64,000 nucleotides of DNA from a phage, in the NCBI GenBank assembly GCA_020857175.1, contig GCA_020857175.1_3048.1, one strand, 5' to 3'. The position numbers and the translations under genes are program-made. Shown piece by piece: positions 1 to 12,788 of the stretch. Position 1 is the first letter of the stretch; each line of letters opens with the position of its first letter. Below the pieces are notes generated by a model. That model saw only the letters and a program-made list of their open reading frames with translations, ran no database searches and was not told where the DNA came from.

Positions 1-238
1 GTACATATCGTTTTACATCATTAAGCCAAATACGAAATTCCTGGGAATCTTCGAATGGCATACCGACCCAAGCTTTACCATCAATAACTTTAACTTGCCA
101 AGATAATTTAGCTTCGTCATATGACTTTATTTGTACAGGCCAATTAGGATGAACTGTTTCTTTCTTTACTTCTAGAGGCTTTGTCGAACAACCAACTAGA
201 AGACCAATAGATAATATTACTGCTGATAGTTTAATCAT
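1..238 (-). CDS. o-spanin-like outer-membrane lipoprotein, 3' end cut by window edge
   Basis: ATG at 238 overlaps stop of upstream ORF (ATGA); N-terminus MIKLSAVILSIGLLVGCS = signal peptide plus lipobox. Confidence 0.5.
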   Translation of the reverse strand, partial: MIKLSAVILSIGLLVGCSTKPLEVKKETVHPNWPVQIKSYDEAKLSWQVKVIDGKAWVGMPFEDSQEFRIWLNDVKRYV

Positions 239-588
239 TTAGAAAGGTCCTGGATGTCTTCTGCGAACTTGTTGAAGGAGTTGTTGATTTGTTTTTCAAC
301 CAATCCTGGCTTATGAGCCACCACATCCGCCTTCTTTGCATCTTTGCGCAGTTTTTCATTTTCACGCTCAATAGCAGCAATTGCCTCACGATTTTTATTA
401 TTCATCGCATCAATATAATTATACTGAATTCGCAAATTATTTAATGCTAAGGCGTTTTCATTGGCCGTTTTTGTAATTTCAGTAACTGATGTTTCTAATC
501 TTTCTACCTTATTTTTTAAAATAATAGATGTTCCGCCAAATGCTATTACAAGTAATAGCAATCCAGCTGTAAAATTACTTACATGCAT
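235..588 (-). CDS. i-spanin-like protein (T4 pseT.3-like)
   Basis: 117 aa, N-terminal TM helix then coiled-coil-like region; sits between alc and lipoprotein ORF. Confidence 0.5.
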   Translation of the reverse strand: MHVSNFTAGLLLLVIAFGGTSIILKNKVERLETSVTEITKTANENALALNNLRIQYNYIDAMNNKNREAIAAIERENEKLRKDAKKADVVAHKPGLVEKQINNSFNKFAEDIQDLSK

Positions 589-1085
589 AAAGTTTTAATA
601 ACCTCTATAATATCGTCTTGAGAAAGACCGTTAATTAAAATATGATGTTCAGCCGGAGATTTAGAAATTTTAAAGCACGCCGCAACATCTTCTGCCATAT
701 CCGATGCGCTACGATTTGGATTACTAATTCCAAGACGATGCTTTCCTGTCAAAGGATTAACGATGATATAGCATTTGCAGCTATTGATATGAACATTAGG
801 TTGAGTCTGATTAATAAACACTTCACAATCATACTTAGCGAGTTGATTTTCTAAAAAGACTTTCATCTCCTCAACCGCATCAGGAAGCATATCACGGGCT
901 TGCTCAAGACGACGATTTCGATATTCTTTAATGGTTGTTTTCCGCTTTACTTGCTTAGCTAAATCTTTCTTAAGATCGGTGATATATCCAACTCGACGAT
1001 TTCCTTTGAATACAGAAATCCCATCTGTAGTATCACCGTATGCTTCAACGACCATTTCAGTAGTAATGAGCTGCAAATCCATCAT
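579..1085 (-). CDS. alc: Alc (host transcription shutoff on cytosine DNA)
   Basis: 168-codon ORF, MDLQLITTEMVV start, T4 Alc is about 167 aa; position next to rnlA. Confidence 0.65.
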   Translation of the reverse strand: MMDLQLITTEMVVEAYGDTTDGISVFKGNRRVGYITDLKKDLAKQVKRKTTIKEYRNRRLEQARDMLPDAVEEMKVFLENQLAKYDCEVFINQTQPNVHINSCKCYIIVNPLTGKHRLGISNPNRSASDMAEDVAACFKISKSPAEHHILINGLSQDDIIEVIKTLCM

Positions 1086-1146
1086 AAAGTCCTCATGTTA
1101 TGTCAGTAAGACTACTGTAACACAACACGAGGGACTTGTAAACAAC

Positions 1147-2734
<1,588 letters not shown>

Positions 2735-2761
2735 AATAAAATGGGCCTTGCGACCCACTCC

Positions 2762-3940
2762 TTAAAAGTATTTTTTAAAACTCATCATAACTTTATCATC
2801 AACATCATTATCAATCTGTGCAACAAGATAAGATGACAGTTCTACTTCTTGTGGCGCTGATTGAACATTATCAGAATTAAGATATTCACGAATCCAAGGA
2901 TATGGATGTTTAACCGGAGCATCGGTAATTGGGCATGGAAGACCACACTGTTTCATACGAGATACAGTTAAGTAATCAATAAAGCTCCACATGCTATTTG
3001 TATTTAATCCAGGAACATCGCCATCTTTAAATAAATGAACTGCCCAATCTTTTTCTTGGCGGTTAACTTCCATGAAAATATCAACTGCTTCTTGCTCGCA
3101 CTCTTGAGCAATTTTAACCCATTGATCGCCATCAGTACCAGATTGAAGTTGACGAATAATATATTGTGTACCTTTAAGATGAAGCTGCTCATCACGTGCA
3201 ATGAACTTCATAATCTTGGCATTACCTTCCATGATTTCCATGTTTTTATGGAAGTTAAAGGTACACGCAAAGGATACATAAAAACGAATAGCTTCTAATG
3301 CATTAATAACGTGCAAACAGAGGTAAAGAGATTTCATTAGCTCACGCTTCCAATATGTCTCATGCTCAATAGCATCTTCAATAACGTCTTCGTCTGCATT
3401 AATTTCTTTTTGGTATTCGATATCAGCTTTAGCGTTTTCCCAATAACGAGTTTTAATCAGAACATCATCATAATAACGTCCAATGGATTCAGCACGTTTC
3501 ATAATAGCTTCATCTAATACAATTTCATCAAATACCTTCGATGGATCAGTATAAAGATTTCGCATGATATGAGTATATGAACGACTGTGAATAGTTTCAC
3601 TAAAAGTCCATGTAGCAACCCATGTATCAAGGCTTGGGTCTGAAATTAATGACATAAGTACAGCAGATGGCGCGCGACCCTGAATGCTATCTAAAAGTGA
3701 TTGATACTTCAAGTTGTTAGTAAAAATATTTTGCTGATACTGAGGAAGCTTATTAAACTGTGCAGAATCCATCATCAAGTTTACTTCTTCAGGACGCCAG
3801 AAAAATGATAATTGCTTTTCGGTTAAATCTTCAAAAACTTTATGACGTTGAATATCATAACGCGCAATACCAAGACCTGAACCAAAAAACATAGGTTCTT
3901 TTAAAACATCAACTGGATTTGTATTAAAAACTGTGCTCAT
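2762..3940 (-). CDS. nrdB: ribonucleotide reductase small subunit, uninterrupted
   Basis: 392-aa continuous ORF immediately downstream of nrdA; no intron-sized interruption. Confidence 0.85.
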   Translation of the reverse strand: MSTVFNTNPVDVLKEPMFFGSGLGIARYDIQRHKVFEDLTEKQLSFFWRPEEVNLMMDSAQFNKLPQYQQNIFTNNLKYQSLLDSIQGRAPSAVLMSLISDPSLDTWVATWTFSETIHSRSYTHIMRNLYTDPSKVFDEIVLDEAIMKRAESIGRYYDDVLIKTRYWENAKADIEYQKEINADEDVIEDAIEHETYWKRELMKSLYLCLHVINALEAIRFYVSFACTFNFHKNMEIMEGNAKIMKFIARDEQLHLKGTQYIIRQLQSGTDGDQWVKIAQECEQEAVDIFMEVNRQEKDWAVHLFKDGDVPGLNTNSMWSFIDYLTVSRMKQCGLPCPITDAPVKHPYPWIREYLNSDNVQSAPQEVELSSYLVAQIDNDVDDKVMMSFKKYF

Positions 3941-3991
3941 AAATTTTCCGCTTAGTTAATAGTTGGTGACTCGTCCGTGAGTCAAATTATA

Positions 3992-6256
3992 TCATAATTT
4001 ACAGGATGAACAATCTTCAGCTTTTGGAGTTTCTATTTCATAATCATCAGTACCAGAACCGTCACGGGTATTATGATAATAGAAATTTTTTCCGCCAAAA
4101 TACCAGAAATACAAAAGGTCATCAATCATTATTGACATTGGAACCTTGCCTTTAGGGAAGATTTGGGGGTCATAGTATGTATTCGCCGAAGCTGATTGAC
4201 AAACCCATTTCAGCATAATAGCTACCTGCGTAAGATAAGGTTTATTACCTTTCTTAGCTAATTTCCATGTATAGTCGTAAAGGTCTATGTTATGCTCAAT
4301 ATTGGGCACGACTTGATTAAAGGAGCCCTCTTTTGATTCTTTAACAGAGACTGGTCCACGTGGAGGCTCGATACCGTTTGTACTGTTAGATACCTGACTG
4401 GACGATTCGCAAGGCATCAACGCGGATAAAGTAGAATTTCTAATTCCATGCTGTTTGAGTTCAGATCGAAGTTCGTCCCAATCACAAACGTATTTTGGAG
4501 CTGCGATTTGGTCAATCTTTTTATTGTACCAGTCGATAGGTAATTCGCCTCGAGACCAACGAGTGTCTGAATAATATTCACAAGGTCCTTTTTCTTTGGC
4601 GAGCTTAATGGATGCTTTAATGAGTCCATACTGTAATCTCTCAAATAGTTCATGTGTTAAATCGTTAGCATCTTCATAAGAAGCAAAGTTACTTGCCAGC
4701 CAAGCTGCATAGTTAGTAACACCTACACCGAGGTTACGACGCTTTTTAGCTTTTTCTGCTTCAGGAACTGGATATCCTTGGTAATCCAAAAGATTATCAA
4801 GAGCACGAACTTGAACTTCTGCCAATTCATTAATTTTATCTTGGTCTTGCCAGTCAAAATTATCTAGTACGAATGCAGAGAGAGTACACAATCCAATTTC
4901 AGCATCAGGACTATTCACATCATTTGTTGGAATAGCAATTTCACAACACAAGTTACTCTGACGAATAGGCGCCTTTTCACGAATAAACGGAGTATAGTTA
5001 TTCGTATTATCAATGAACTGCACATAAATCCTTGCGGTTCCTGAACGTTCAGTCATGAGCAATTCAAATAGTTCACGGGCTTTAATACGCTTTTTACGAA
5101 TATTAGGGTCTTTTTCTGCTGCTTCGTATAATTCACGGAAACGGTTTTGGTCTTTAAAATAAGAATAATAAAGTTCGCCACCCATTTCATGCGGACTGAA
5201 CAAAGTAATGTAATCATTCTTTCCGAATCGTTCCATCATTAGGTCATTCAGTTGAACGCCATAATCCATATGACGGATACGGTTTTCTTCTACGCCTTTG
5301 TTATTTTTCAAAACGAGAAGATTTTCAACTTCCAAATGCCAAATAGGATAATAAGCAGTAGCAGCGCCGCCACGAATTCCACCCTGTGAGCATGATTTAA
5401 CTGCAGTCTGAAAATGTTTCCAAAAAGGAATAACACCAGTATGGCGTACTTCACCCATGCCAATCTTAGAACCTTCAGCACGAATCATACCAACGTTAAT
5501 ACCAATTCCAGCGCGTTTAGAGATATATTCAACAATTGAAGCGGAAGCCTTGTTGATAGACTTTAATGAATCACCTGCCTCAATAACAACACATGAACTA
5601 AACTGTCGAGTCGGAGTACGACAACCAGCCATAATAGGAGTTGGTAATGAAATCTGTCGAGTAGATACTGCTTCATAAAAACGAATAACGTGTTTTAATC
5701 TATCAACAGGTTCATCTTGATGCAAGGCCATTCCAATAGTCATAAATGCAAACTGTGGAGTTTCATAAATTTGACCAGTGGTTTTATCTTTAACTAGATA
5801 TTTTTCTTTTAATTGCATCGCCCCGGAATAAGTAAATTCCATATCCCGTTCGTGCTTAATTTTTGATTCTAAAAATGTAATTTCTTCTGCTGAATATTTT
5901 GACAACAGTTCAGGGTCGTATTTACCTTCATTTACACAGTAAGAAATATGGTCAATAAATGAACGCGGTTCATACTGCCCATAAACATGCTTACGAAGAG
6001 CGAACATTAGACAACGTGCAGCTACATATTGATAATCAGGCTCTTCAACCGAAATAGAATTCGCAGCGGCCTTAATGACAATAGTCTGAATATCATCAGT
6101 TGTCATTCCATCACGGAGATAAGATTTAATATTTTCATATAATTCATAAGGATCTACTGATGTTCCCTCAGCTGCCCAAGATAAAACTTTAATAATTTTT
6201 TGTGGGTCAAAGCTCTGAGAAACACCACTACTTTTGATAACATTAATTAATTGCAT
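3992..6256 (-). CDS. nrdA: ribonucleotide reductase large subunit
   Basis: 754 aa, same length as T4 NrdA; active-site region NLCCEI... Confidence 0.9.
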   Translation of the reverse strand: MQLINVIKSSGVSQSFDPQKIIKVLSWAAEGTSVDPYELYENIKSYLRDGMTTDDIQTIVIKAAANSISVEEPDYQYVAARCLMFALRKHVYGQYEPRSFIDHISYCVNEGKYDPELLSKYSAEEITFLESKIKHERDMEFTYSGAMQLKEKYLVKDKTTGQIYETPQFAFMTIGMALHQDEPVDRLKHVIRFYEAVSTRQISLPTPIMAGCRTPTRQFSSCVVIEAGDSLKSINKASASIVEYISKRAGIGINVGMIRAEGSKIGMGEVRHTGVIPFWKHFQTAVKSCSQGGIRGGAATAYYPIWHLEVENLLVLKNNKGVEENRIRHMDYGVQLNDLMMERFGKNDYITLFSPHEMGGELYYSYFKDQNRFRELYEAAEKDPNIRKKRIKARELFELLMTERSGTARIYVQFIDNTNNYTPFIREKAPIRQSNLCCEIAIPTNDVNSPDAEIGLCTLSAFVLDNFDWQDQDKINELAEVQVRALDNLLDYQGYPVPEAEKAKKRRNLGVGVTNYAAWLASNFASYEDANDLTHELFERLQYGLIKASIKLAKEKGPCEYYSDTRWSRGELPIDWYNKKIDQIAAPKYVCDWDELRSELKQHGIRNSTLSALMPCESSSQVSNSTNGIEPPRGPVSVKESKEGSFNQVVPNIEHNIDLYDYTWKLAKKGNKPYLTQVAIMLKWVCQSASANTYYDPQIFPKGKVPMSIMIDDLLYFWYFGGKNFYYHNTRDGSGTDDYEIETPKAEDCSSCKL

Positions 6257-6573
6257 AAGTCCTCAACTTGAAAATCGTCTTTAAACAATCGGTTAACTAT
6301 ATGAGCTATTATATCACCATGACACGGCTTTGGTTTACATGTGCATCCTAGCCTCATTCCACGTAAAGGCTCTAAATGTGCTTTAGTTATTTCTCCGGAT
6401 TTAATTCGACGTATAAAATCTTTTTTGAATAATTCAATGGCAGCCTCCCGGCTGCCAGCATCTTTACCGACGTAATTTCCCCAAAATGTACCACGGTGAA
6501 TATTAACATCAAAGTCGGATTTGTATTTATTCACTACCCGACATAGACGGCCCGCGCGGTGATAATTCGGCAT
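6247..6573 (-). CDS. hypothetical protein (nrdA.1-like)
   Basis: 108-aa ORF overlapping nrdA start; Cys/His-containing C-terminus. Confidence 0.45.
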   Translation of the reverse strand: MPNYHRAGRLCRVVNKYKSDFDVNIHRGTFWGNYVGKDAGSREAAIELFKKDFIRRIKSGEITKAHLEPLRGMRLGCTCKPKPCHGDIIAHIVNRLFKDDFQVEDLCN

Positions 6574-6790
6574 ATTGTTTTTCCGTTAAAACAGTAATAT
6601 CGTAGTAACAGTCAGAAGAAGTTTTAACTGTGGAAATTTTATTATCAAAATACTCACGAGTCATTTTATGAGTATAATATTTTTTGCCATAAATGATAAT
6701 AGGCTGATTTGGTCCTGGAACTTCTAACTCACTTGGGTTAGGAAGTGTAAAAAGAACTACACCAGAAGTATCTTTAAATCGTAAAATCAT
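6527..6790 (-). CDS. hypothetical protein (nrdA.2-like)
   Basis: 87-aa ORF between td exon 2 and nrdA.1-like ORF. Confidence 0.4.
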   Translation of the reverse strand: MILRFKDTSGVVLFTLPNPSELEVPGPNQPIIIYGKKYYTHKMTREYFDNKISTVKTSSDCYYDITVLTEKQYAELSPRGPSMSGSE

Positions 6791-6813
6791 AAATCCTCAC
6801 AATTAAATTAAAA

Positions 6814-7128
6814 TTACACCGCCATTTTTCCTTTCAAGACGCCGTGGGACTGATAATCTTTGAGAACGAAATCTTTAGGCCTGAGTTTAAGAATGTATTC
6901 CAATTGTTCTTTAGTAGAAAGATAGCGGAATTTATAAGGCAATCCGCCTATTACCAGTTCACAAAGCTCTTTAGGTTCACGACGCAAAATTTCTTTACAT
7001 TGTTCTACGTGATTCATATAGATATGAGTATTACCACCGGAAAATATCAAATCTCCCGGAATAAGATTACACATCTTAGCTACAATATGAACTAACGTAG
7101 CATATGATGCAATATTAAATGGAAGCAT
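6814..7128 (-). CDS. td: thymidylate synthase, exon 2
   Basis: encodes LPFNIASYATLVHIVAKMCNL..., C-terminal part of thymidylate synthase; continues exon 1 reading after intron. Confidence 0.8.
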   Translation of the reverse strand: MLPFNIASYATLVHIVAKMCNLIPGDLIFSGGNTHIYMNHVEQCKEILRREPKELCELVIGGLPYKFRYLSTKEQLEYILKLRPKDFVLKDYQSHGVLKGKMAV

Positions 7129-8141
7129 TATGTTCAGATAAGGTCGTTAATCTTACCCCGGAATTATATCCAGCTGCATGTCACCATGCAGATCAGACTA
7201 TATCTCCAACTTGTTAAAGCAAGTTGTCTATCGTTTCGAGTCACTTGACCCTACTCCCCAAAGGGATAGTCGTTAGGCATTTATGTAGAACCAATTCCAT
7301 TTATCAGATTTTACACGATAAGTAACTAATCCAGACGAAATTTTAAAATGTCTAGCTGCATCTGCTGCACAATCAAAAATAACCCCATCACATGAAATCT
7401 TTTTAATATTACTAGGCTTTTTACCTTTCATCTTTTCTGATATTTTAGATTTAGTTATGTCTGAATGCTTATGATTAAAGAATGAATTATTTTCACCTGA
7501 ACGATTTCTGCATTTACTACAAGTATAAGCAGAAGTTTGTATGCGAACACCGCACTTACAAAACTTATGGGTTTCTGGATTCCAACGCCCGTTTTTACTT
7601 CCGGGTTTACTGTAAAGAGCTTTCCGACCATCAGGTCCAAGTTTAAGCATCTTAGCTTTAACAGTTTCAGAACGTTTCTTAATAATTTCTTCTTTTAATG
7701 GATGCGTAGAACATGTATCACCAAACGTTGCATCAGCAATATTGTATCCATTAATTTTAGAATTAAGCTCTTTAATCCAAAAATTTTCTCGTTCAATAAT
7801 CAAATCTTTCTCATATGGAATTTCTTCCAAAATAGAACATTCAAACACATTACCATGTTTGTTAAAAGACCTCTGAAGCTTTATAGAAGAATGGCATCCT
7901 TTTTCTAAATCTTTAAAATGCCTCTTCCATCTCTTTTCAAAATCTTTAGCACTTCCTACATATACTTTATTGTTTAAAGTATTTTTAATCTGATAAATTC
8001 CGCTTTTCATAAATACCTCTTTAAATATAGAAGTATTTATTAAAGGGCAGTCCTACAATTTAGCACGGGATTGTCTACTAGAGAGGTTCCCCGTTTAGAT
8101 AGATTACAAGTATAAGTCACCTTATACTCAGGCCTCAATTA
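7129..8141 (-). ncRNA. td group I self-splicing intron
   Basis: about 1 kb between td exons; in-frame stop immediately after exon 1; 5' and 3' intron segments match recalled T4 td intron sequence (UAAUUGAGGCCUGAGUAUAAGG...). Confidence 0.75.
7273..8010 (-). CDS. I-TevI: intron-encoded GIY-YIG homing endonuclease I-TevI
   Basis: 245 aa inside td intron; GIYQIKN...VYVGSA GIY-YIG motif; Zn-finger CKCGVRIQTSAYTCSKC linker. Confidence 0.85.
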   Translation of the reverse strand: MKSGIYQIKNTLNNKVYVGSAKDFEKRWKRHFKDLEKGCHSSIKLQRSFNKHGNVFECSILEEIPYEKDLIIERENFWIKELNSKINGYNIADATFGDTCSTHPLKEEIIKKRSETVKAKMLKLGPDGRKALYSKPGSKNGRWNPETHKFCKCGVRIQTSAYTCSKCRNRSGENNSFFNHKHSDITKSKISEKMKGKKPSNIKKISCDGVIFDCAADAARHFKISSGLVTYRVKSDKWNWFYINA

Positions 8142-8690
8142 ACCCAAGAAAACATCTACTGATCGTTGATACCACTGCAAATCCAAATAGCCATTACGCA
8201 CATTAAACTGATAGAACATATGACAAGGAGGTAATGCCATTTGCTTAAGTTCTGCCGGATTCCATGCTGAAACAATTTGACGCCTATCATTTGGCAGTTT
8301 TTTAATACGATCAATAACTTCTATAATTTGGTCTACACCGCCAAAATCACGCCACTGTTTTCCATAAATTGGACCAAGTTCACCGCTATGGTATCCTAAA
8401 TCTTTTGCTTGATTTTCGTAATTTTCATCCCAGACTGTTTTGCCTTGAATTAATGAATTATGTTGAATTAATCGCAAATCATTTACGTTAGTACTTCCTG
8501 ATAAGAACCACAATAACTCAGAAATACATGCATTCCAGGCGAGCTTCTTAGTTGTTACTGCAGGAAAACCTTTAGTTAAATCCCAGCGTAATTTAGTACC
8601 GAACAAAGCAATTGTTCCTGTGCCCGTTCGGTCATCAGTTTCATAGCCATTTTCAAAAATGTCTTTAATTAAATCTTGGTATTGTTTCAT
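8142..8690 (-). CDS. td: thymidylate synthase, exon 1
   Basis: 183 codons ending ...RSVDVFLG then intron; folate/dUMP binding motifs. Confidence 0.85.
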
Positions 8691-8735
8691 TTAGTACCTT
8701 ATATAAATTATAATACATTTTATGAAGCTAAATAA

Positions 8736-9095
8736 TCAATACGGTTTAGCATCAAATTTTCTCTCAATTTCAGGCGTGAAATATAATTCTTTACCGCGTT
8801 TGGAAAAGCGACCAATAATATGATAATTATTCTCATCAAACGTGATATTACCAATATCCATAGCTTTCAACCAAATATCGATATTTCTATCCAGCTTTAT
8901 GTCAAAATTCCAATACGGAGAACTATTACCGAAAATACTGCAAGCGGATTCAGTGAAACAACTGCTATAAATCTTGTCTTTAGGAACTACTAATTGATAG
9001 ACACCTTTAATAAACTGAGGACCCTGCCACTTTGGCTGTTTCGCGTCTTCTTCTAATAGAATAGGGTAATAATTAAAATTCATATTTTCCGCCAC
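8736..9095 (-). CDS. hypothetical protein, 119 aa, between frd and td
   Basis: ORF fills 400 bp between frd stop and td start; no recognisable motif. Confidence 0.5.
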   Translation of the reverse strand: MAENMNFNYYPILLEEDAKQPKWQGPQFIKGVYQLVVPKDKIYSSCFTESACSIFGNSSPYWNFDIKLDRNIDIWLKAMDIGNITFDENNYHIIGRFSKRGKELYFTPEIERKFDAKPY

Positions 9096-9103
9096 GTGTT
9101 ATT

Positions 9104-9941
<838 letters not shown>

Positions 9942-9969
<28 letters not shown>

Positions 9970-10184
9970 TCAGCTTTAAACTGATCGACGTCAGAGTGAT
10001 AAATCCAAAATCCTGCGCTTTCACCGTCTTCATAAAGCGGACACCCATCACATTCATCTTCCCATCCCATGCCACGTAAAAGGTGTTCAGCTTTTTCAAC
10101 AAGTTCAGAATCTTTACCGATGATATTAAAATACCATTTACCTCTAACTTCTGAATCTTTGATGCTCTGGCGTTGTAATCTCAT
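9942..10184 (-). CDS. hypothetical protein (frd.2-like)
   Basis: 80-aa ORF. Confidence 0.45.
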
Positions 10185-10322
10185 TTTATTCTCCTTAGCA
10201 AGCTTTAATCAAAAGATATAAACAAACCAACATAACTGCTGCCATAATATAAGGTGCTAACATTTTCTTTTCTCCATTAGTTTTGATAGGGTAATAGTAT
10301 CACACTACTACCCTGCTGTAAA

Positions 10323-10724
10323 CTACTTTTTGAAAGTTTTTCGCAAAAGTTCAATGATTTCATCTACATTGTTTTCGTCAACAATGCAGTGAATTTTTGT
10401 TACGCCAGAAACCTTGTCTTTGACTTCATCTTCTTCAGAAGTCGGTTCTTTATACTCGCGGAAACAATAAAACTCTTCTTCACTAAGTTCAAAATAATCA
10501 TCACCCATACCATCATCATTATAGATTTCGCCATTAGCACAAATGATTTCAGTTACATAATCAAAGCCATCTAAACTTGATATTGATTTAACTTCAAACC
10601 AACCACCATTTTCTTGAATGATGCCAACCATATTAGCATTTGATGAACTAATATCAATGAAAGATTTAATACGGTGTGGATTTAACTCGTATTTTTTGCC
10701 GATTTCCATTTTGATTTTCCTCAT
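10323..10724 (-). CDS. hypothetical acidic protein
   Basis: 133-aa ORF. Confidence 0.45.
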   Translation of the reverse strand: MRKIKMEIGKKYELNPHRIKSFIDISSSNANMVGIIQENGGWFEVKSISSLDGFDYVTEIICANGEIYNDDGMGDDYFELSEEEFYCFREYKEPTSEEDEVKDKVSGVTKIHCIVDENNVDEIIELLRKTFKK

Positions 10725-10754
10725 TTTAATAGGGGCTTAATAGCCCCTTGATAA

Positions 10755-10983
10755 TTATTGTTCAATCAGTCCCATGTAAAATTCTGCGTCTTCAGAATCC
10801 ATGCCATCACAATATTCATTAGCCATAAAGCGGGTGAGGTCTTCAAGAGGACCTTCAATAACGATTTGAATACTCCAAAACTTAGAATCTTGTACGCTTG
10901 TGATACTAAGTTCAGGATAACGATTACGAATAATTTCTTCAATATATTCAAAATCAACGATGTCAATATCAACTTTAGCCATA
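10755..10983 (-). CDS. hypothetical protein
   Basis: 75 aa from MAKVDIDIV with AGAGGAAAA RBS; track ORF extended upstream. Confidence 0.4.
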
Positions 10984-11021
10984 TTGTTTTCCTCTTTAAT
11001 CATCAGCAGTATTGCCGATAG

Positions 11022-11056
11022 TTGTATAGTACCATGGAAGAACAAGGATGTAAACA
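11022..11056 (-). promoter_or_regulatory. early-type promoter (GTTTAC -35, GGTACTATA -10 region)
   Basis: minus-strand GTTTAC at 11050-11055 with -10-like element about 17 nt downstream; follows gene 32 terminator. Confidence 0.45.
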
Positions 11057-11074
11057 GTTTTGTGAAAAATTTTT

Positions 11075-11104
11075 AAAATAAAAAAGGGGACCTCTAGGGT
11101 CCCC
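11075..11104 (-). terminator. rho-independent terminator downstream of gene 32
   Basis: hairpin GGGGACC-TCTA-GGGTCCCC followed by T-run on minus strand. Confidence 0.6.
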
Positions 11105-11126
11105 AATTAATTAGTAATATAATCTA

Positions 11127-12035
11127 TTAAAGGTCATTCAAAAGGTCATCCAGGTCCGTGCCATCAGCACTAGATGAACTGCCAGAGCTTGAGCTCATAA
11201 AATCATCTTCAGTTTTTGTATTGAAGTCATCAACATTGAATGCATCCAAATCATCAGCAACTTTATCAGCTTTCTTAGCAGCAGTTGCAGCGGCACCGCC
11301 CATCACAGCAGTTCCCATAACTTGACCGAATTTAGTGCTCAGTTCTTCAAATGATTTGAATTTATCTTTAGAAGTCATTTCAGAAAGGTCAACCATTTGT
11401 TCGAACAGTTCTTTCTGGAAAGATTCATCATCAATGTTTGGAATCGCAGATTGATTCAGGAATTTAGATTCGTCGTAGTTACTAAAACCAGAAACTTGTT
11501 TAACTTTCAGTACAAAGTTGGCACCTTCCCACGGGCAAGTTACATCAACCGGAGTTTCACCCATTTCAACATCAACTGCAATCATTGCATTGATTTTATC
11601 CCAGATTTTCTTACCGAAACGATATTTAAATACTTTACCTTCGTTTTCTGGAGCAGCTGGGTCTTTTACAACAAGAATGTTAGCCCAGTAAGAAGTTTTA
11701 CGTTTAACAAGACTGTACTCTTTATTGTCAGTGTGGTACAGATCATTTTTACTGATGTATTGACATACTGGGCAAGAATCGTAATCACCGTGGGTAGATG
11801 AACATGTTTCAATATACCATTTACCATTTTTCTTGAAACCGTGATTTACAAGAATTGCAAATGGTGCTTGTTCATCATTTTTAGACGGAAGAAAACGAAT
11901 TACTGCTTGACCGTTACCCGCATTGTCGAGTTTCAGTTTCCACTCGCCTTTATCTTCAGAAGAAAAACCACCTTTATTTCCAGCCAGTTTAGCCATTTGT
12001 GCAGCGAGTTCAGCAGTAGATTTACGTTTAAACAT
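11127..12035 (-). CDS. 32: ssDNA-binding protein gp32
   Basis: 302 aa, [17 protein letters not shown]..., acidic Ser-rich C-terminus; matches T4 gp32. Confidence 0.9.
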   Translation of the reverse strand: MFKRKSTAELAAQMAKLAGNKGGFSSEDKGEWKLKLDNAGNGQAVIRFLPSKNDEQAPFAILVNHGFKKNGKWYIETCSSTHGDYDSCPVCQYISKNDLYHTDNKEYSLVKRKTSYWANILVVKDPAAPENEGKVFKYRFGKKIWDKINAMIAVDVEMGETPVDVTCPWEGANFVLKVKQVSGFSNYDESKFLNQSAIPNIDDESFQKELFEQMVDLSEMTSKDKFKSFEELSTKFGQVMGTAVMGGAAATAAKKADKVADDLDAFNVDDFNTKTEDDFMSSSSGSSSSADGTDLDDLLNDL

Positions 12036-12134
12036 TTTTATTTCCTTTTTAATTTAATTAACAGTTGGTGCTATGACGATGTATGACCTCATAGCTGGTC
12101 AGTGAGATAATTATAATCTATTTATAATAAGCAA

Positions 12135-12788
12135 TTAATACTTGCAAGATTTCACAGTTTCAATGAAAACATTTTTAGCTTTCTGTGAATCAATATTTAA
12201 AATTTTTCTATAAGCTTTTAACTTTATAGAATAATTGTTCCAAACTAAATTATCAGTCTGTTCATCATGTTTATCGATTATATTTAAAAACGAATCAAGC
12301 AAGATAAACGTCTCAAACGAAATTATGTTCGATTGCAGAAGTTTAAAAATATAACTTGACTGAACCTTTGGATTATATTCAAAGATTTCTTTAAAAGCAG
12401 AAACTTCAACTTTTTTACTAAAATAATAAATGTTGCGAATATCTTCTTCAAACTTAAATTTAATTTGCTTTAAGCGTCCGATATATTCACGATAAAACAC
12501 AAGTGCATCAGCGTCAGAGATGTCACCAATCCAAGCATCTTGGTTAGCAACCAAATTACTTATAAAGATTAAAGCAAGTTCCTTTAATTTATATTTTTCT
12601 GATAACTTCTGGAAAAAATACTTATCCCTTCGCTTTTGATAAGCGGCATCAGACACCCGCATGCACCAATTATACTTAATTACATCATACTTTCCATTCA
12701 TATGTTGTTTTATCATTAAGTATAATTTATAAACTGATTTACCATCAATGTATCTTTCACCACCAGCAGGCATGCGGAGTTTAATCAT
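12135..12788 (-). CDS. 59: helicase loader gp59
   Basis: 217 aa, same length as T4 gp59, position between 32 and 33. Confidence 0.8.
   Translation of the reverse strand: MIKLRMPAGGERYIDGKSVYKLYLMIKQHMNGKYDVIKYNWCMRVSDAAYQKRRDKYFFQKLSEKYKLKELALIFISNLVANQDAWIGDISDADALVFYREYIGRLKQIKFKFEEDIRNIYYFSKKVEVSAFKEIFEYNPKVQSSYIFKLLQSNIISFETFILLDSFLNIIDKHDEQTDNLVWNNYSIKLKAYRKILNIDSQKAKNVFIETVKSCKY

Noticed and set aside
3004-7908. Short ORFs on either strand inside nrdB, nrdA, td exon 2 and I-TevI (for example 3004-3201, 3035-3298, 4417-4653, 5457-5678, 6844-7095, 7455-7640, 7702-7908)
   Set aside because: All lie within or antisense to strongly supported longer genes; AT-rich low-complexity translations.
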